Positions 38,543-49,150 of a stretch of DNA of 64,000 nucleotides are shown here, in pieces. Position 1 is the first letter of the stretch; every line of letters starts with the position of its first letter. The notes under the pieces are model-generated. The model searched no databases. It worked only from the letters and a program-made list of their open reading frames with translations, and was not told the origin of the DNA. A program made the translations under genes and the position numbers. Source of the stretch: a virus; the IMG/VR virus record IMGVR_UViG_3300003937_000247. One strand, given 5' to 3'.

Positions 38543-39342
38543 TGTTTGGACAAAGATTTTACCACGAGTCATTAAGAAAAGTTGTTGTAGCATTTGGTAC
38601 AATATTTAATAATGTCATTATTCATAGAACAAATAGTGATGGTGATGTTGTGCAAAAAATAAAAGTACCTTTAGCATATTCGCCTAAAGAAAAGTTTTTA
38701 GTAAGATTAGAACAACAACCTAATTTAGAACAAAGAGAAACTGCTATATCATTACCTCGTATGGGGTTTGAAATATCAGGTATATCTTATGATTCATCTC
38801 GTAAGTTACAAAGAGTAGGTAAGTTTAAAAATGTTAATACTTCAGACGCAAGTAAACAATACTATCAATATAATCCTGTTCCATATAATATATCTTTTAA
38901 TTTATATTCGTTTACAGCAACTGCTGAAGATGGATTAATAATTATAGAACAAATATTGCCTTATTTTCAACCAGATTATACTGTTACAATAAATGCAATT
39001 CCAGATATGGGAATTAAAAGAGATGTACCTATTACTTTAAATTCTGTAGATTATGCTGACAGTTATGATGGCTCATTTACAACTAGAAGAGCAGTTAATT
39101 ATAGTTTAAACTTTACTGCTAAAACATATTTGTATGGTCCTATATACTCTAAATCTATTATTAAAGAAACAATAACGGATTTATATACAGACACAACTGG
39201 AAGTCCTACAAGAGAAGAAAGAATTGTGGTTGTTCCTAATCCGACAAGTGCTGACGCTGATGATGATTTCGGATTTACAACAACTATAACTGTTCACAAG
39301 GATTCTAAAAATTATAACCCAAGTACTGGAAGTGATGGATAA
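38542..39342 (+). CDS. gp15: Tail sheath stabiliser / completion protein gp15
   Basis: AFGTIFN, KVPLAYSPKEKF, LPRMGFE, EQILPYFQP. Confidence 0.93.
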   Translation: MFGQRFYHESLRKVVVAFGTIFNNVIIHRTNSDGDVVQKIKVPLAYSPKEKFLVRLEQQPNLEQRETAISLPRMGFEISGISYDSSRKLQRVGKFKNVNTSDASKQYYQYNPVPYNISFNLYSFTATAEDGLIIIEQILPYFQPDYTVTINAIPDMGIKRDVPITLNSVDYADSYDGSFTTRRAVNYSLNFTAKTYLYGPIYSKSIIKETITDLYTDTTGSPTREERIVVVPNPTSADADDDFGFTTTITVHKDSKNYNPSTGSDG

Positions 39343-39347
39343 TTATT

Positions 39348-39836
39348 ATGACTATAGACGACAAAATAAATGAAGCTCTAGGTATCACACCAGAGAAACC
39401 TGCTACAAAAGCAGTAGTTAAAAAAGAATTTACTCCACCTGTTCCTAGATTAGAAGATAAGGACAAAGAAGATGTGGATAATGATTACAAATACAGCAGA
39501 GAAAATTATTATAATCTTATAGAGCGTGGCCAAGACGCAATACAAGGTATATTAGATATTGCAGGTGAGAGTCAACACCCACGTGCTTATGAAGTTGCAG
39601 GTAATCTAATTAAACAAGTTGCTGATACAGTTGATAAATTACAAGATTTACAAGCTAAACTTAAAACATTAAAAGATGTACCTAACAAAACAACAGCAAC
39701 TATTAAAAATGCTTTATTTGTAGGTTCTTCAGCAGAGTTACATAAAATGCTTAAAAACAAAAATAAAAATATAACTCCTGAGGAAGATAAAAACTTTAAA
39801 AAAGGTTTTAATCCTGCGGAGCACGTATATGACTGA
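39348..39836 (+). CDS. gp16: Terminase small subunit gp16
   Basis: DYKYSREN, HPRAYEVAG, ALFVGSSAEL. Confidence 0.92.
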   Translation: MTIDDKINEALGITPEKPATKAVVKKEFTPPVPRLEDKDKEDVDNDYKYSRENYYNLIERGQDAIQGILDIAGESQHPRAYEVAGNLIKQVADTVDKLQDLQAKLKTLKDVPNKTTATIKNALFVGSSAELHKMLKNKNKNITPEEDKNFKKGFNPAEHVYD

Positions 39837-41460
39837 AGCATATCTAGGAAATCCTAATTTATTTAAAGCAAATACAAAGATAGAATACACCGAAAAGCAA
39901 GTACGTGAGATTGCAAAGTGTATGGAAGATCCTACATATTTTATTACAACATATATTAAGATTGTAAATATTGACCATGGTTTAATACCATTTGATATGT
40001 ACAAGTTTCAGGCAAAGATGGTTGATACTTTTCATAACAATAGATTTTCAATTGCAAAATTGCCTAGACAGTCAGGTAAATCAACAACAATCATTGCTTA
40101 TCTATTACATCAAGTTATATTCAATGATAATATAAACGTTGCAATATTGGCCAACAAAAGTTCAACTGCTAGAGATTTATTAGGCAGACTTCAACTCGCA
40201 TACGAAAATTTACCTGCTTGGTTACAACAAGGCGTTCTCAATTGGAACAAAGGTTCACTTGAATTAGAAAATGGTTCAAAAATACTTGCAGCTGCAACAT
40301 CTTCAAGTGCGATCCGAGGTGGTTCTTATAATATAATATTCCTTGATGAGTTTGCGTTTATCCCTAATAATATAGCTGAACAGTTTTTTAGTTCAGTTTA
40401 TCCTACAATTTCATCTGGTCAAACATCTAAAGTTATGATAGTTTCTACTCCACATGGAATGAATATGTTTTATAAACTTTGGAATGATTCAGTACATGGA
40501 AGAAATGATTATAAACCTATAGAAGTACATTGGTCTGAAGTTCCAGGTAGAGATGATAAATGGAAAGAACAAACAATAAGAAATACTTCCGAAGCACAAT
40601 TTACTACCGAGTTTGAATGTGAGTTTGTAGGTTCAGTTGATACACTTATTAATCCAGCAAAGCTAAGAATGTTATCACACCATACACCTCTTATTTCAAA
40701 TGCTGGAATAGATGTGTATGAACAACCAGTAAAAGGAAAAGATTATGTAATGACAGTTGACGTTGCTAGAGGTACTGTAAGAGATTATTCAGCCTTTACT
40801 GTATTTGATGTTTCAAAAATGCCTTATCGTATGGTCGCAAAATTTAGAGATAATGAAATCAAACCTATTTTATTTCCTCACACAATAGAAAGAGTAGCAA
40901 AAAATTATAATATGGCTTATGTTTGTGTTGAAGTAAATGATATAGGACATCAAGTAGCAGACGCTTTACAATTTGAATTAGAATATACAAACTTATTAAT
41001 GTGTATGATGAAAGGTAGAGCTGGACAAATATTGGGTGGTGGATTTTCTAAAAGGGGAACACAATTAGGTGTTCGTATGACAAAACAAGTAAAAAGAATA
41101 GGCGCCTCTAACTTAAAAAGTTTAGTTGAAGGCGACAAAATGTACATACCAGATTTTCATACAATACAAGAATTATCAACATTTGTAAGACGTGGTAGTG
41201 GTTGGCAGGCTGAAGAAGGTTCTAATGATGATTTGGTTATGTGTTGTCTTATATTTGCATGGATAACAAATCAAAGATATTTTAAAGAAATGACAGACCA
41301 GGATGTTCGTGCTAAAATGTATGAAGAACAACAACACGCAATAGAACAAGATATGGCACCATTTGGGTTTATGGATGATGGTTTAAATGATGATAGTTTT
41401 CAGGATGACAAAGGCGAAACATGGACACCTGTTACAGTAAGAAAAGGAGAGATGCTGTAG
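39829..41460 (+). CDS. gp17: Terminase large subunit gp17
   Basis: PRQSGKST Walker A, IFLDEFAF, VSTPHG, DDLVM. Confidence 0.97.
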   Translation: MTEAYLGNPNLFKANTKIEYTEKQVREIAKCMEDPTYFITTYIKIVNIDHGLIPFDMYKFQAKMVDTFHNNRFSIAKLPRQSGKSTTIIAYLLHQVIFNDNINVAILANKSSTARDLLGRLQLAYENLPAWLQQGVLNWNKGSLELENGSKILAAATSSSAIRGGSYNIIFLDEFAFIPNNIAEQFFSSVYPTISSGQTSKVMIVSTPHGMNMFYKLWNDSVHGRNDYKPIEVHWSEVPGRDDKWKEQTIRNTSEAQFTTEFECEFVGSVDTLINPAKLRMLSHHTPLISNAGIDVYEQPVKGKDYVMTVDVARGTVRDYSAFTVFDVSKMPYRMVAKFRDNEIKPILFPHTIERVAKNYNMAYVCVEVNDIGHQVADALQFELEYTNLLMCMMKGRAGQILGGGFSKRGTQLGVRMTKQVKRIGASNLKSLVEGDKMYIPDFHTIQELSTFVRRGSGWQAEEGSNDDLVMCCLIFAWITNQRYFKEMTDQDVRAKMYEEQQHAIEQDMAPFGFMDDGLNDDSFQDDKGETWTPVTVRKGEML

Positions 41461-41476
41461 TAAAGGTGACAAAATT

Positions 41477-41484
41477 TATAAATA
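41477..41484 (+). promoter_or_regulatory. Late promoter TATAAATA
   Basis: Exact consensus upstream of gp18. Confidence 0.8.
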
Positions 41485-41533
41485 TAAACGAGATTAAATG
41501 ATACTTATTAGCTAATAAGAGGAGAACAAACAT

Positions 41534-43459
41534 ATGGCATTTCAAGTTTCACCAGGTGTTCTCGTACAAGAGAAAGACTTAACAAACGTAATCCCAGCAG
41601 TAGCAACTACGATCGGTGCTGTTGCAGGTCAATTTAATCAAGGTCCAATGGATGAAGTAATATCTATTGCGTCTGAAAAAGAATTGGTAGAAACGTTTGG
41701 AAAACCTGACTCTACAAACTTTGAATACTTTTTTAGTGCTGCTAGTTTTCTACAGTACTCATCAAGTTTAAGGGTTGTGCGAGCTGCAAACACTTCAAGT
41801 GTAAACGCTGTCGTTTCTGGGACAGCTTTAAGAATAAAGAATACAGAGCATTACTCTAACGGTGACGGAAGTACAGGACCTTATAACGATGGTTCTGCTA
41901 ACGTTGGCGAGTGGGCTGCAAGAACAGCAGGCGCTTGGGGTAATAACTTAAAGATTTCAACGTGTCCGAGTGCAACGGCATACGAAGAAACAAATAAAAC
42001 AACAACTAATGACTCTTCAACAGCAGTAGGAGATACCACTATCGTATTAACATCAGGAACTGATTTTAATGTAGGTGATATCGTTAACTTCGGCGAATCT
42101 GGTGGGCACGAATACAGAATTACAGTAGTTTCAACAAACACTATAACTTTTGTAAGACACCCTTCAGGCACAGGCGGACTACACACAGCTGTTGCAAATG
42201 GTACACAAGTAAGACGAAGATGGCAATACTATGACCTAGTAGATAAAGCACCAGCTACATCAACTTATGCTTCTACAAGAAGTGGAGTAAATGACGAGCT
42301 ACACATTGTAGTTATAGATGAAGACGGCGCTATATCAGGTACTGCTGGTGAAGTTTTAGAAGTTTATGATTCACTATCAAAAGCTTCTGACGCTAAAACA
42401 CCACAAGGTGACACTAACTATTATCCAGATGTAATCTACAATAGATCAGAATATATCTATTGGATGGATCACATTGCAACTGGTTCAAATTGGGGTAGTA
42501 CAGCTTCTGGAGTAACTTCCACAGCTCTTACAGCACCATATAGTAGATCACTAGTTGACGGTGCAGATGGTTCCGCGGTTACAACTGCTGAATTAAAAAC
42601 TGCTTACGAACATTACAATGACGCTGATACAGTAGATGTTAACTTAATCATCGCTGGTAAAGGTGACGCTACTCACGTAGATAACTTAATTACAATCGCT
42701 GAAAACAGAAAAGACGCAATCGTATTTGCTTCTCCTGAAAGAAGTGATGTAGTTAACGTAACAAACTCTACTACTCAAACAACTAACGTTAAAGGTTTCT
42801 TTGACGCTGTTAGAAGTTCAAGTTATGTAGTTTTTGATAGTGGGTACAAATATACTTACGACAAATATAATGACTTATTTAGATACATTCCTTTAAACGG
42901 AGACGTTGCTGGATTGGCTGCAAGAACAGACTTAATCGCAGACTCTTGGTTCTCACCTGCTGGATTTAACAGAGGCGGAATTAGAGGTGCAGTTAAACTT
43001 GCTTACAACCCAGTCAAAACTCAAAGGGATGAATTGTACAGAGCTAGAGTAAATCCAATTGTAACTTTACCAGGACAAGGTACACTCTTGTTTGGTGATA
43101 AAACTGGACTATCTACGCCGAGTGCATTTGATAGAATAAACGTAAGAAGATTGTTTATCACTTTGGAGAAAGCGATATCAACTGCTTCTAAATTCCAACT
43201 ATTTGAATTTAATGACGAGTTCACAAGAGCTCAATTTAGAAATATGGTTGAACCATTTTTAAGAGATGTACAAGGCAGACGAGGTGTTACAGACTTTTTA
43301 GTTACTTGTGATACTTCTAACAATACTGCTGATGTTATTGATAGAAATGAGTTTAGAGCAGATATATTTGTTAAACCAAATAGATCAATCAACTTTATAC
43401 AACTACAATTCGTTGCGACAAGATCAGGCGTTGCATTTGAAGAAGTGGTAGGAGGATAA
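41534..43459 (+). CDS. gp18: Tail sheath protein gp18
   Basis: SPGVLVQEKDLT, WFSPAGFNRG, FDRINVRRLF, FEFNDEFTR. Confidence 0.97.
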   Translation: MAFQVSPGVLVQEKDLTNVIPAVATTIGAVAGQFNQGPMDEVISIASEKELVETFGKPDSTNFEYFFSAASFLQYSSSLRVVRAANTSSVNAVVSGTALRIKNTEHYSNGDGSTGPYNDGSANVGEWAARTAGAWGNNLKISTCPSATAYEETNKTTTNDSSTAVGDTTIVLTSGTDFNVGDIVNFGESGGHEYRITVVSTNTITFVRHPSGTGGLHTAVANGTQVRRRWQYYDLVDKAPATSTYASTRSGVNDELHIVVIDEDGAISGTAGEVLEVYDSLSKASDAKTPQGDTNYYPDVIYNRSEYIYWMDHIATGSNWGSTASGVTSTALTAPYSRSLVDGADGSAVTTAELKTAYEHYNDADTVDVNLIIAGKGDATHVDNLITIAENRKDAIVFASPERSDVVNVTNSTTQTTNVKGFFDAVRSSSYVVFDSGYKYTYDKYNDLFRYIPLNGDVAGLAARTDLIADSWFSPAGFNRGGIRGAVKLAYNPVKTQRDELYRARVNPIVTLPGQGTLLFGDKTGLSTPSAFDRINVRRLFITLEKAISTASKFQLFEFNDEFTRAQFRNMVEPFLRDVQGRRGVTDFLVTCDTSNNTADVIDRNEFRADIFVKPNRSINFIQLQFVATRSGVAFEEVVGG

Positions 43460-43463
43460 ACCA

Positions 43464-43991
43464 ATGCCAAATATTAATGACTTTAAAGCTAAGTTAAGAG
43501 GCGGAGGCGCTCGTGCCAATCAATTTAGAGTAACAATGCCTTTTCCAGGGTTTGCTGCTGTAGGTGGGGAGACTGAAACAATGTCTTTTCTATGTACATC
43601 AACTAACTTACCAGGAATGACAGTTGCAGAAGTAGCTGTTCCATTTAGAGGTAGGGAATTATATGTTGCAGGTGATAGAACATTTGCTACATGGACAACT
43701 ACTGTCTTAAATGATACAGACTTCTTAATACGTAACGCATACGAAAGATGGTTAAACGGTATCAACAATATGTCAGATAACGAAGGATTAGTTAATCCAG
43801 TAGATTATCAAGTTGACTCATTTGTTGACCAATTAGACCGTAACGGTAATGTGATTAAATCATATACATTCAGAGGAATGTTTCCAACAACGTTGGATGA
43901 CATTGCGCTATCTTATGGCGATAACAACTCGTTAGAGTCGTTTACTGCTACACATAGGTATCAATATTTTGAAACAAACACTACTACTTAA
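43464..43991 (+). CDS. gp19: Tail tube protein gp19
   Basis: GGARANQF, PFRGR..AGDRTF..W, QLDR. Confidence 0.95.
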   Translation: MPNINDFKAKLRGGGARANQFRVTMPFPGFAAVGGETETMSFLCTSTNLPGMTVAEVAVPFRGRELYVAGDRTFATWTTTVLNDTDFLIRNAYERWLNGINNMSDNEGLVNPVDYQVDSFVDQLDRNGNVIKSYTFRGMFPTTLDDIALSYGDNNSLESFTATHRYQYFETNTTT

Positions 43992-44028
43992 TACCGTTAT
44001 AAGTATTAGTAATAGGAGAAACTAAATT

Positions 44029-45675
44029 ATGGCTGAACTGTTTGGGTTTAAAATAGAGCGTTCAAAAACGCCAACATCAGATCCGAGACAAAACATAGTA
44101 CCACCACAAGCGGAAGACGGAACACAAACCGTCCCCGCTGGTGGTTTCTTTGCGTCTTATGGAGGATTTGACGTTACCGCTCGTAACGAGTTAGATTTAA
44201 TTAGAAGATATAGAGAAGTAGCACTCCATCCAGAGTGTGACCTTGCAATTGAGGATATAATATCTGAAGCAATTGTATCAAACGAAAATCAACAATCTGT
44301 ACAATTAGATTTAACTAAAATTGAATATAGCGAATCAATCAAAAAGAAAATAAGAGAATCATTTGTTGAGGTATTAAAATTATTAAATTTTGATATCAAA
44401 GGACACGATATTTTTAGAAGATGGTATGTTGATGGAAGAATGTTCTATCATAAAATCATTGACAAAGATAGTCCTAGATTAGGAATAACAGAATTAAGAT
44501 ACATTGATCCAAGAAAAATTAAAAAGATAAGAGAAGTTAGAAAGCAAAGAACTGATGGAATGCCTAGTTCATTTGCTTTTGAAAATAAATTCCAAGAGTA
44601 TTATATTTTCAACGAAAGAGGAATACATCCGACTGCAACATCAAACGCAGGTGGATTAAGAATAGCGACAGACGCTATTGCTTATTGTCCATCAGGATTA
44701 ATAGACCAAACTCACAATCAAGTCTTATCTTATTTACATAAAGCAATTAAACCAGTTAATCAATTAAGAATGATTGAAGACGCTGTTGTTATTTACAGAA
44801 TTGCTAGAGCACCTGAAAGAAGAATATTCTATATTGATGTAGGTAACTTACCTAAAATCAAAGCTGAACAATATTTAAGAGATGTTATGGCTAGATATAG
44901 AAACAAACTTGTTTATGACGCAAGTACAGGTGAGATTAGAGATGACAGAAATTATATGAGTATGTTAGAAGACTTTTGGTTACCTCGTAGAGAAGGTGGG
45001 AGAGGAACTGAAATTACTACTTTACCAGGTGGTCAAAACTTGGGTGAGATTGCCGATATAGAATATTTCCAAAAGAAATTATATCGTTCATTAAACATAC
45101 CAATTAGTAGATTAGAAGGTGGTCAAGGATTTAATCTTGGTCGTGCAGCTGAAATTAGTAGAGATGAAGTTAAGTTTACTAAATTCATAGGCAGATTGAG
45201 AAAGAAATTCTGTATGTTATTCCACGACCTTTTAAAAACACAATTAATTTTAAAAGGTGTTATTGCTCCTGAAGAATGGCCTGTAATACAAGGTGATATA
45301 ACATTTAGTTTCTTACAAGATGGATATTTTGCTGAATTAAAACATAGTGAAATGTTGAGAGAAAGAGTACAACTGGCACAACAATTAGAAATGTATGTTG
45401 GTAAGTATTTCTCTAATGAGTATATAAGAACAAAAATATTCAAACAAAATGAAACCGAGATTGAAGAAATTGATCAACAAATAGAAGATGAAGGTGGGTC
45501 AGAACAGGCTGCAATGAACACAGGAATAGGTGGACTTGAACAACAACCCAAAACTGGGAAAACAAATGGTAAAGAAGCTCCACTAGCAGTAAGTGCTAAA
45601 CAAAAGGCTGACAAAAAACAATTTAAGGATGCAGAAACAAAAGCTAGAGATTCTTATAAAACAGGAGATAAATAG
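44029..45675 (+). CDS. gp20: Portal protein gp20
   Basis: RRWYVDG, YRIARAPERRIFYIDVGNLPK, EDFWLPRREGGRGTEI. Confidence 0.97.
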   Translation: MAELFGFKIERSKTPTSDPRQNIVPPQAEDGTQTVPAGGFFASYGGFDVTARNELDLIRRYREVALHPECDLAIEDIISEAIVSNENQQSVQLDLTKIEYSESIKKKIRESFVEVLKLLNFDIKGHDIFRRWYVDGRMFYHKIIDKDSPRLGITELRYIDPRKIKKIREVRKQRTDGMPSSFAFENKFQEYYIFNERGIHPTATSNAGGLRIATDAIAYCPSGLIDQTHNQVLSYLHKAIKPVNQLRMIEDAVVIYRIARAPERRIFYIDVGNLPKIKAEQYLRDVMARYRNKLVYDASTGEIRDDRNYMSMLEDFWLPRREGGRGTEITTLPGGQNLGEIADIEYFQKKLYRSLNIPISRLEGGQGFNLGRAAEISRDEVKFTKFIGRLRKKFCMLFHDLLKTQLILKGVIAPEEWPVIQGDITFSFLQDGYFAELKHSEMLRERVQLAQQLEMYVGKYFSNEYIRTKIFKQNETEIEEIDQQIEDEGGSEQAAMNTGIGGLEQQPKTGKTNGKEAPLAVSAKQKADKKQFKDAETKARDSYKTGDK

Positions 45676-45680
45676 ATAAT

Positions 45681-45935
45681 ATGACTAAAGATGATACAAA
45701 AAAATTCGTAAATTCACTTGAAAAGGGCGACAACAAACAAGCAGGAACAGACATTAAAAATGCTCTTGCTGATAAAGTTTCTGGCGCCTTGGACGATGCT
45801 AAAGTTGATGTGGCTAAATCTGTATTTACAGGACAGCAAGGTGTAGAAACACCTGAAGCTAATCCTTTTACAGGTAATGATACAGCTGCAGAAGCTCCTG
45901 CACCAGAGGTTCCAAGTGATGAAGTGGCTAAGTAA
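45681..45935 (+). CDS. Prohead core protein (gp67-like position)
   Basis: Small acidic gene directly after portal. Confidence 0.55.
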   Translation: MTKDDTKKFVNSLEKGDNKQAGTDIKNALADKVSGALDDAKVDVAKSVFTGQQGVETPEANPFTGNDTAAEAPAPEVPSDEVAK

Positions 45936-46173
45936 TTTTATAAAAGAACAAATTACTGAAGCAAACGACTACAAACGTACTAGGCAATATAATAAATTAT
46001 CTCCTAGAATGAAACGTGCTGTAGATATGGTTTTTAAAGCCGCTGATAAAGACGCAGATGTGATTGCTAATTTTGAAAAAAATGTTAGTGCAGCTGCAAA
46101 CAAATTTGGAGTAAAGAAACAAGATTTAATGAAATATTTTGATAAGGAAACATTAACAATTTTAAGGAGATAG
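45919..46173 (+). CDS. Small head-region protein (gp68-like position)
   Basis: ATG 45919 MKWLSNFIKE; located between portal and protease. Confidence 0.5.
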   Translation: MKWLSNFIKEQITEANDYKRTRQYNKLSPRMKRAVDMVFKAADKDADVIANFEKNVSAAANKFGVKKQDLMKYFDKETLTILRR

Positions 46174-46175
46174 AA

Positions 46176-46553
46176 ATGGCAGTAACACAAAGAGTTCTAA
46201 CAGACAATGCTTATGGCGCTAAAGTTTTAATAAACTTTGATGGTCATGGCTCAGCTGTAACTATTGACGCTTCAGCATTAGCAAATAAAGAAGCTTCAGG
46301 TGATAGACTAGATATTAAAAAAATATCTTGGTCTTTAGACACAGAAGTGGCAATAACTTTTACTGGTTCAAATGTTGTAGAGGCGATTGATCTTGCAGGC
46401 GGTACAACAGGTAGTTTTGATTCACACGTTATCACTAACGGTGCAACACAACCTGGAGACGCTACAGACGCTGATATAATATTAACACCAGGAACTGGTA
46501 CAGACGGTTTTGTTTATTTGGAACTAATTAAGTCAGTCGGCTTTGGTAACTAA
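46176..46553 (+). CDS. Putative virion protein (paralogue of 46556-46948)
   Basis: AAGGAG RBS; VLTD, DASA, I.KI.WS, D.(L/I)L.(T/P) shared with the neighbour. Confidence 0.65.
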   Translation: MAVTQRVLTDNAYGAKVLINFDGHGSAVTIDASALANKEASGDRLDIKKISWSLDTEVAITFTGSNVVEAIDLAGGTTGSFDSHVITNGATQPGDATDADIILTPGTGTDGFVYLELIKSVGFGN

Positions 46554-46555
46554 TA

Positions 46556-46948
46556 ATGGCTGATACAGTATCTACACAGGTATTAACAGATACTACAGGT
46601 GTCAAATATGCGGTTAAACTAACCAATTATTCAGATGGCACAGGTGAAACTTTAGTACAAAAGGTTGACGCTTCGGCAACAACTTTTATGACTGAAGACG
46701 GCAATCGTAAAATATCAAAAATATTTTGGTCAGTAAATACATCCAATTCAAAGTCTGCCGTTGAATTAATATGGGATGGTGCAACAAACGCTACAGGTGT
46801 TTCGTTGTCTGGTCAAGGTTTTTGGGACTTACGTGCTGATGGTAATGAGATAGCTAACAACGCAACAACACCAACAGGTGATGTTTTACTCTCAACAAAA
46901 AATTTTGCAATTGGAGATAATTATACGGTTTTAGTGGTATTCAGATAA
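46556..46948 (+). CDS. Putative virion protein
   Basis: MADTVSTQVLTD...SDGTGE...VDASA...TGDVLLST. Confidence 0.65.
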   Translation: MADTVSTQVLTDTTGVKYAVKLTNYSDGTGETLVQKVDASATTFMTEDGNRKISKIFWSVNTSNSKSAVELIWDGATNATGVSLSGQGFWDLRADGNEIANNATTPTGDVLLSTKNFAIGDNYTVLVVFR

Positions 46949-46955
46949 CAATTTG

Positions 46956-46963
46956 TATAAATA
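46956..46963 (+). promoter_or_regulatory. Late promoter TATAAATA
   Basis: Exact consensus upstream of gp21. Confidence 0.8.
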
Positions 46964-46990
46964 ATAAAGAGAAGTTAGAGATAGATACAA

Positions 46991-47638
46991 ATGAGATTAA
47001 TTACCGAAGAAGTAACACAAGCAAAATACATTGTAGAAGAAGACAAAAATGGCAAAAAAAATTATGCCATTAAAGGTATTTTTTTACAATCGGACGTGAA
47101 GAACAGAAATGGAAGAATCTATCCTAAAGAGATACTTCAAAAAGAAGTTCACAGATATAATAGAGAGTTCATAGAAAAGAATAGAGCATTTGGCGAACTA
47201 GGACATCCAGACGGACCTACCGTTAACCTAGAAAGAGTTTCGCATATGATAAAAGCTCTACATCCCGAAGGCAATAATTTTATAGGCGAAGCCCGAGTTT
47301 TGGATACCCCATATGGAAAAATAGTGAAAAGTTTAATAGATGAGGGTGCAACACTAGGAGTTTCAAGTAGAGGAATGGGCACACTTGTTCAAGCAGGTGG
47401 TGCTAACATAGTCAAAGACGATTTTTACCTTGCAACAGCGGCTGATATAGTCGCAGACCCATCGGCTCCCGATGCTTTTGTAGAAGGCATTATGGAAGGA
47501 AAAGAATGGATTTGGAATAATGGCGTTTTGAAAGAGCAAGAAGTAAACGAATTAAAGTTACAGGCAGATAAGAAAGCACTATCAGACAGAGCGGAAGTTA
47601 ACGCAAAAGTCTTTGAAAACTTCCTTAAAAAGCTGTAA
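46991..47638 (+). CDS. gp21: Prohead protease gp21
   Basis: NRNGRIYP, GELGHP, GVSSRGMG, DIVADPSAPDA. Confidence 0.97.
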   Translation: MRLITEEVTQAKYIVEEDKNGKKNYAIKGIFLQSDVKNRNGRIYPKEILQKEVHRYNREFIEKNRAFGELGHPDGPTVNLERVSHMIKALHPEGNNFIGEARVLDTPYGKIVKSLIDEGATLGVSSRGMGTLVQAGGANIVKDDFYLATAADIVADPSAPDAFVEGIMEGKEWIWNNGVLKEQEVNELKLQADKKALSDRAEVNAKVFENFLKKL

Positions 47639-47641
47639 TTT

Positions 47642-47649
47642 TATAAATA
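47642..47649 (+). promoter_or_regulatory. Late promoter TATAAATA
   Basis: Exact consensus upstream of gp22. Confidence 0.8.
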
Positions 47650-47724
47650 GTAATTGACACTTTCCGTAAGGAGAGGTGGATTATTTGCAAAACAACAACT
47701 AATAACTAATGAGGAGATAGATCA

Positions 47725-49107
47725 ATGACGGACAAAACTGTGGCAGATTTGCCAAAGAAAAACGCCGTTCCAGCTGAAGCGCCAAAATCATTGGCTGCAA
47801 CTGTACAACAAGTATTAACAAAAGCAGTTACGCATCCAAGTGATCCAAAATCGGATTTCGCACAAGGGGTAAGTCATATTACTGGCGACCCACACCAGAA
47901 AAGTGCAGGCACAGCGGACACATCAAACATTACATCTCTTAAGCGAGAAGATACAGACAAAGAAGACGATAAAGAAAAAGAAACTTTAAAAGCAAATGCT
48001 GATAAAGAAAAAGAGTCTGTAAAAGAAGACGCTAAAGAGGATGAAAAGGACGAAAAAGAAACTTTAAAAGCAAATGCTGATAAAGAAAAAGAAAAAGATA
48101 AAGAAGAAGTAAAAGAAGGCGAACTTCCAGCTGCTTTGCAAAAAGCAATTGATAAGAAGAAGGAAGGCGCTAAAGAGTCTGACGAAAAAGAAGACAAAAA
48201 AGACGTTAAAGAATCTGAAGAAAAATCTAAAGAAGAAAAAGAAAAAGAAATTTCTAAAGTGACTGAAGACGAAGACAAGAAAGACAAGAAAGAAGACGAG
48301 AAGAAAGACGAAGTTAAGGAAGAAGACGAAAAATCTAAAGAAGTTAAGAAAGAAACTGCTAAAGATAAAGTTAAAGACCTTGATGTAAAAGAAGACGTTA
48401 AAGCTCTAACTGATGGTGAAGACCTTTCAGAAGAATTTAAAGCTAAAGCGGCTACAATCTTCGAATCTGCTATCAAAGCAAAACTTGTTGAAGAAATTGA
48501 AAAATTGGAAGGCGAATACGAAACTAAAGTTGCTGAGAAAGTTGAAGAAACTAAATCAGAAATCGTAGAAAAAGTTGACGCTTATCTAAATTATGTCGTT
48601 GAGGAGTGGATGAAAGAAAACGAATTAGCGATAGAAAAAGGTTTAAGAGCTGAGATTACTGAAGATTTTATTGGTGGTCTTAAATCTTTATTTGAATCTC
48701 ATTACATCAATGTTCCACAAGAGAAGTATGATGTTATTGAGACTCAGGCTGCAGAAATAGAGAAGTTAAAAGAAGAAGTTAACCAATCTATTGAAAAAAC
48801 AGTTGAGTTAAATCAGAAGGTGGGAGAGTTTACTAGAGATGGAATTATAAAAGAAGTATCTAGTGATCTTGCTGAAACTGAAACTGAAAAACTTAAAGGT
48901 TTAGCAGAAGGAATTGAATATAAGGACGCAGAAAGTTTTAGAAAAAGTGTAGAAACGTTAAAAAATTCTTACTTCCCTAAAACAGAAGCGAGTGATAAAC
49001 AATCTAATGAAGTAGCTGACAATAATGCTGGTTCTGATATGACGGAATCAATGGCTGCATATACGGCTGCAATTAGTAAATCAAAGAAAAATCCTTATCT
49101 TAAATAG
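47725..49107 (+). CDS. gp22: Prohead core scaffold gp22
   Basis: LSEEFKAKAATIFESA, VDAYLNYVVEEWMKENELA; long E/K/D-rich linker. Confidence 0.93.
   Translation: MTDKTVADLPKKNAVPAEAPKSLAATVQQVLTKAVTHPSDPKSDFAQGVSHITGDPHQKSAGTADTSNITSLKREDTDKEDDKEKETLKANADKEKESVKEDAKEDEKDEKETLKANADKEKEKDKEEVKEGELPAALQKAIDKKKEGAKESDEKEDKKDVKESEEKSKEEKEKEISKVTEDEDKKDKKEDEKKDEVKEEDEKSKEVKKETAKDKVKDLDVKEDVKALTDGEDLSEEFKAKAATIFESAIKAKLVEEIEKLEGEYETKVAEKVEETKSEIVEKVDAYLNYVVEEWMKENELAIEKGLRAEITEDFIGGLKSLFESHYINVPQEKYDVIETQAAEIEKLKEEVNQSIEKTVELNQKVGEFTRDGIIKEVSSDLAETETEKLKGLAEGIEYKDAESFRKSVETLKNSYFPKTEASDKQSNEVADNNAGSDMTESMAAYTAAISKSKKNPYLK
47974..48092 (+). repeat. 41-bp direct repeat within gp22
   Basis: gaaaaagaaactttaaaagcaaatgctgataaagaaaaaga at 47974-48014 and 48052-48092. 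Confidence 0.8.
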
Positions 49108-49150
49108 ATTTGGATTTTAGTTAATTAACTAAAAAAAGGAGAGATAGAAA

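Noticed and set aside
47874-48476. 200-aa Ser/Phe/Leu-rich minus-strand ORF
   Set aside because: Shadow of the GAA/AAA/GAC-rich gp22 linker; the same applies to the many antisense ORFs over the fibres, gp18, gp20 and gp46
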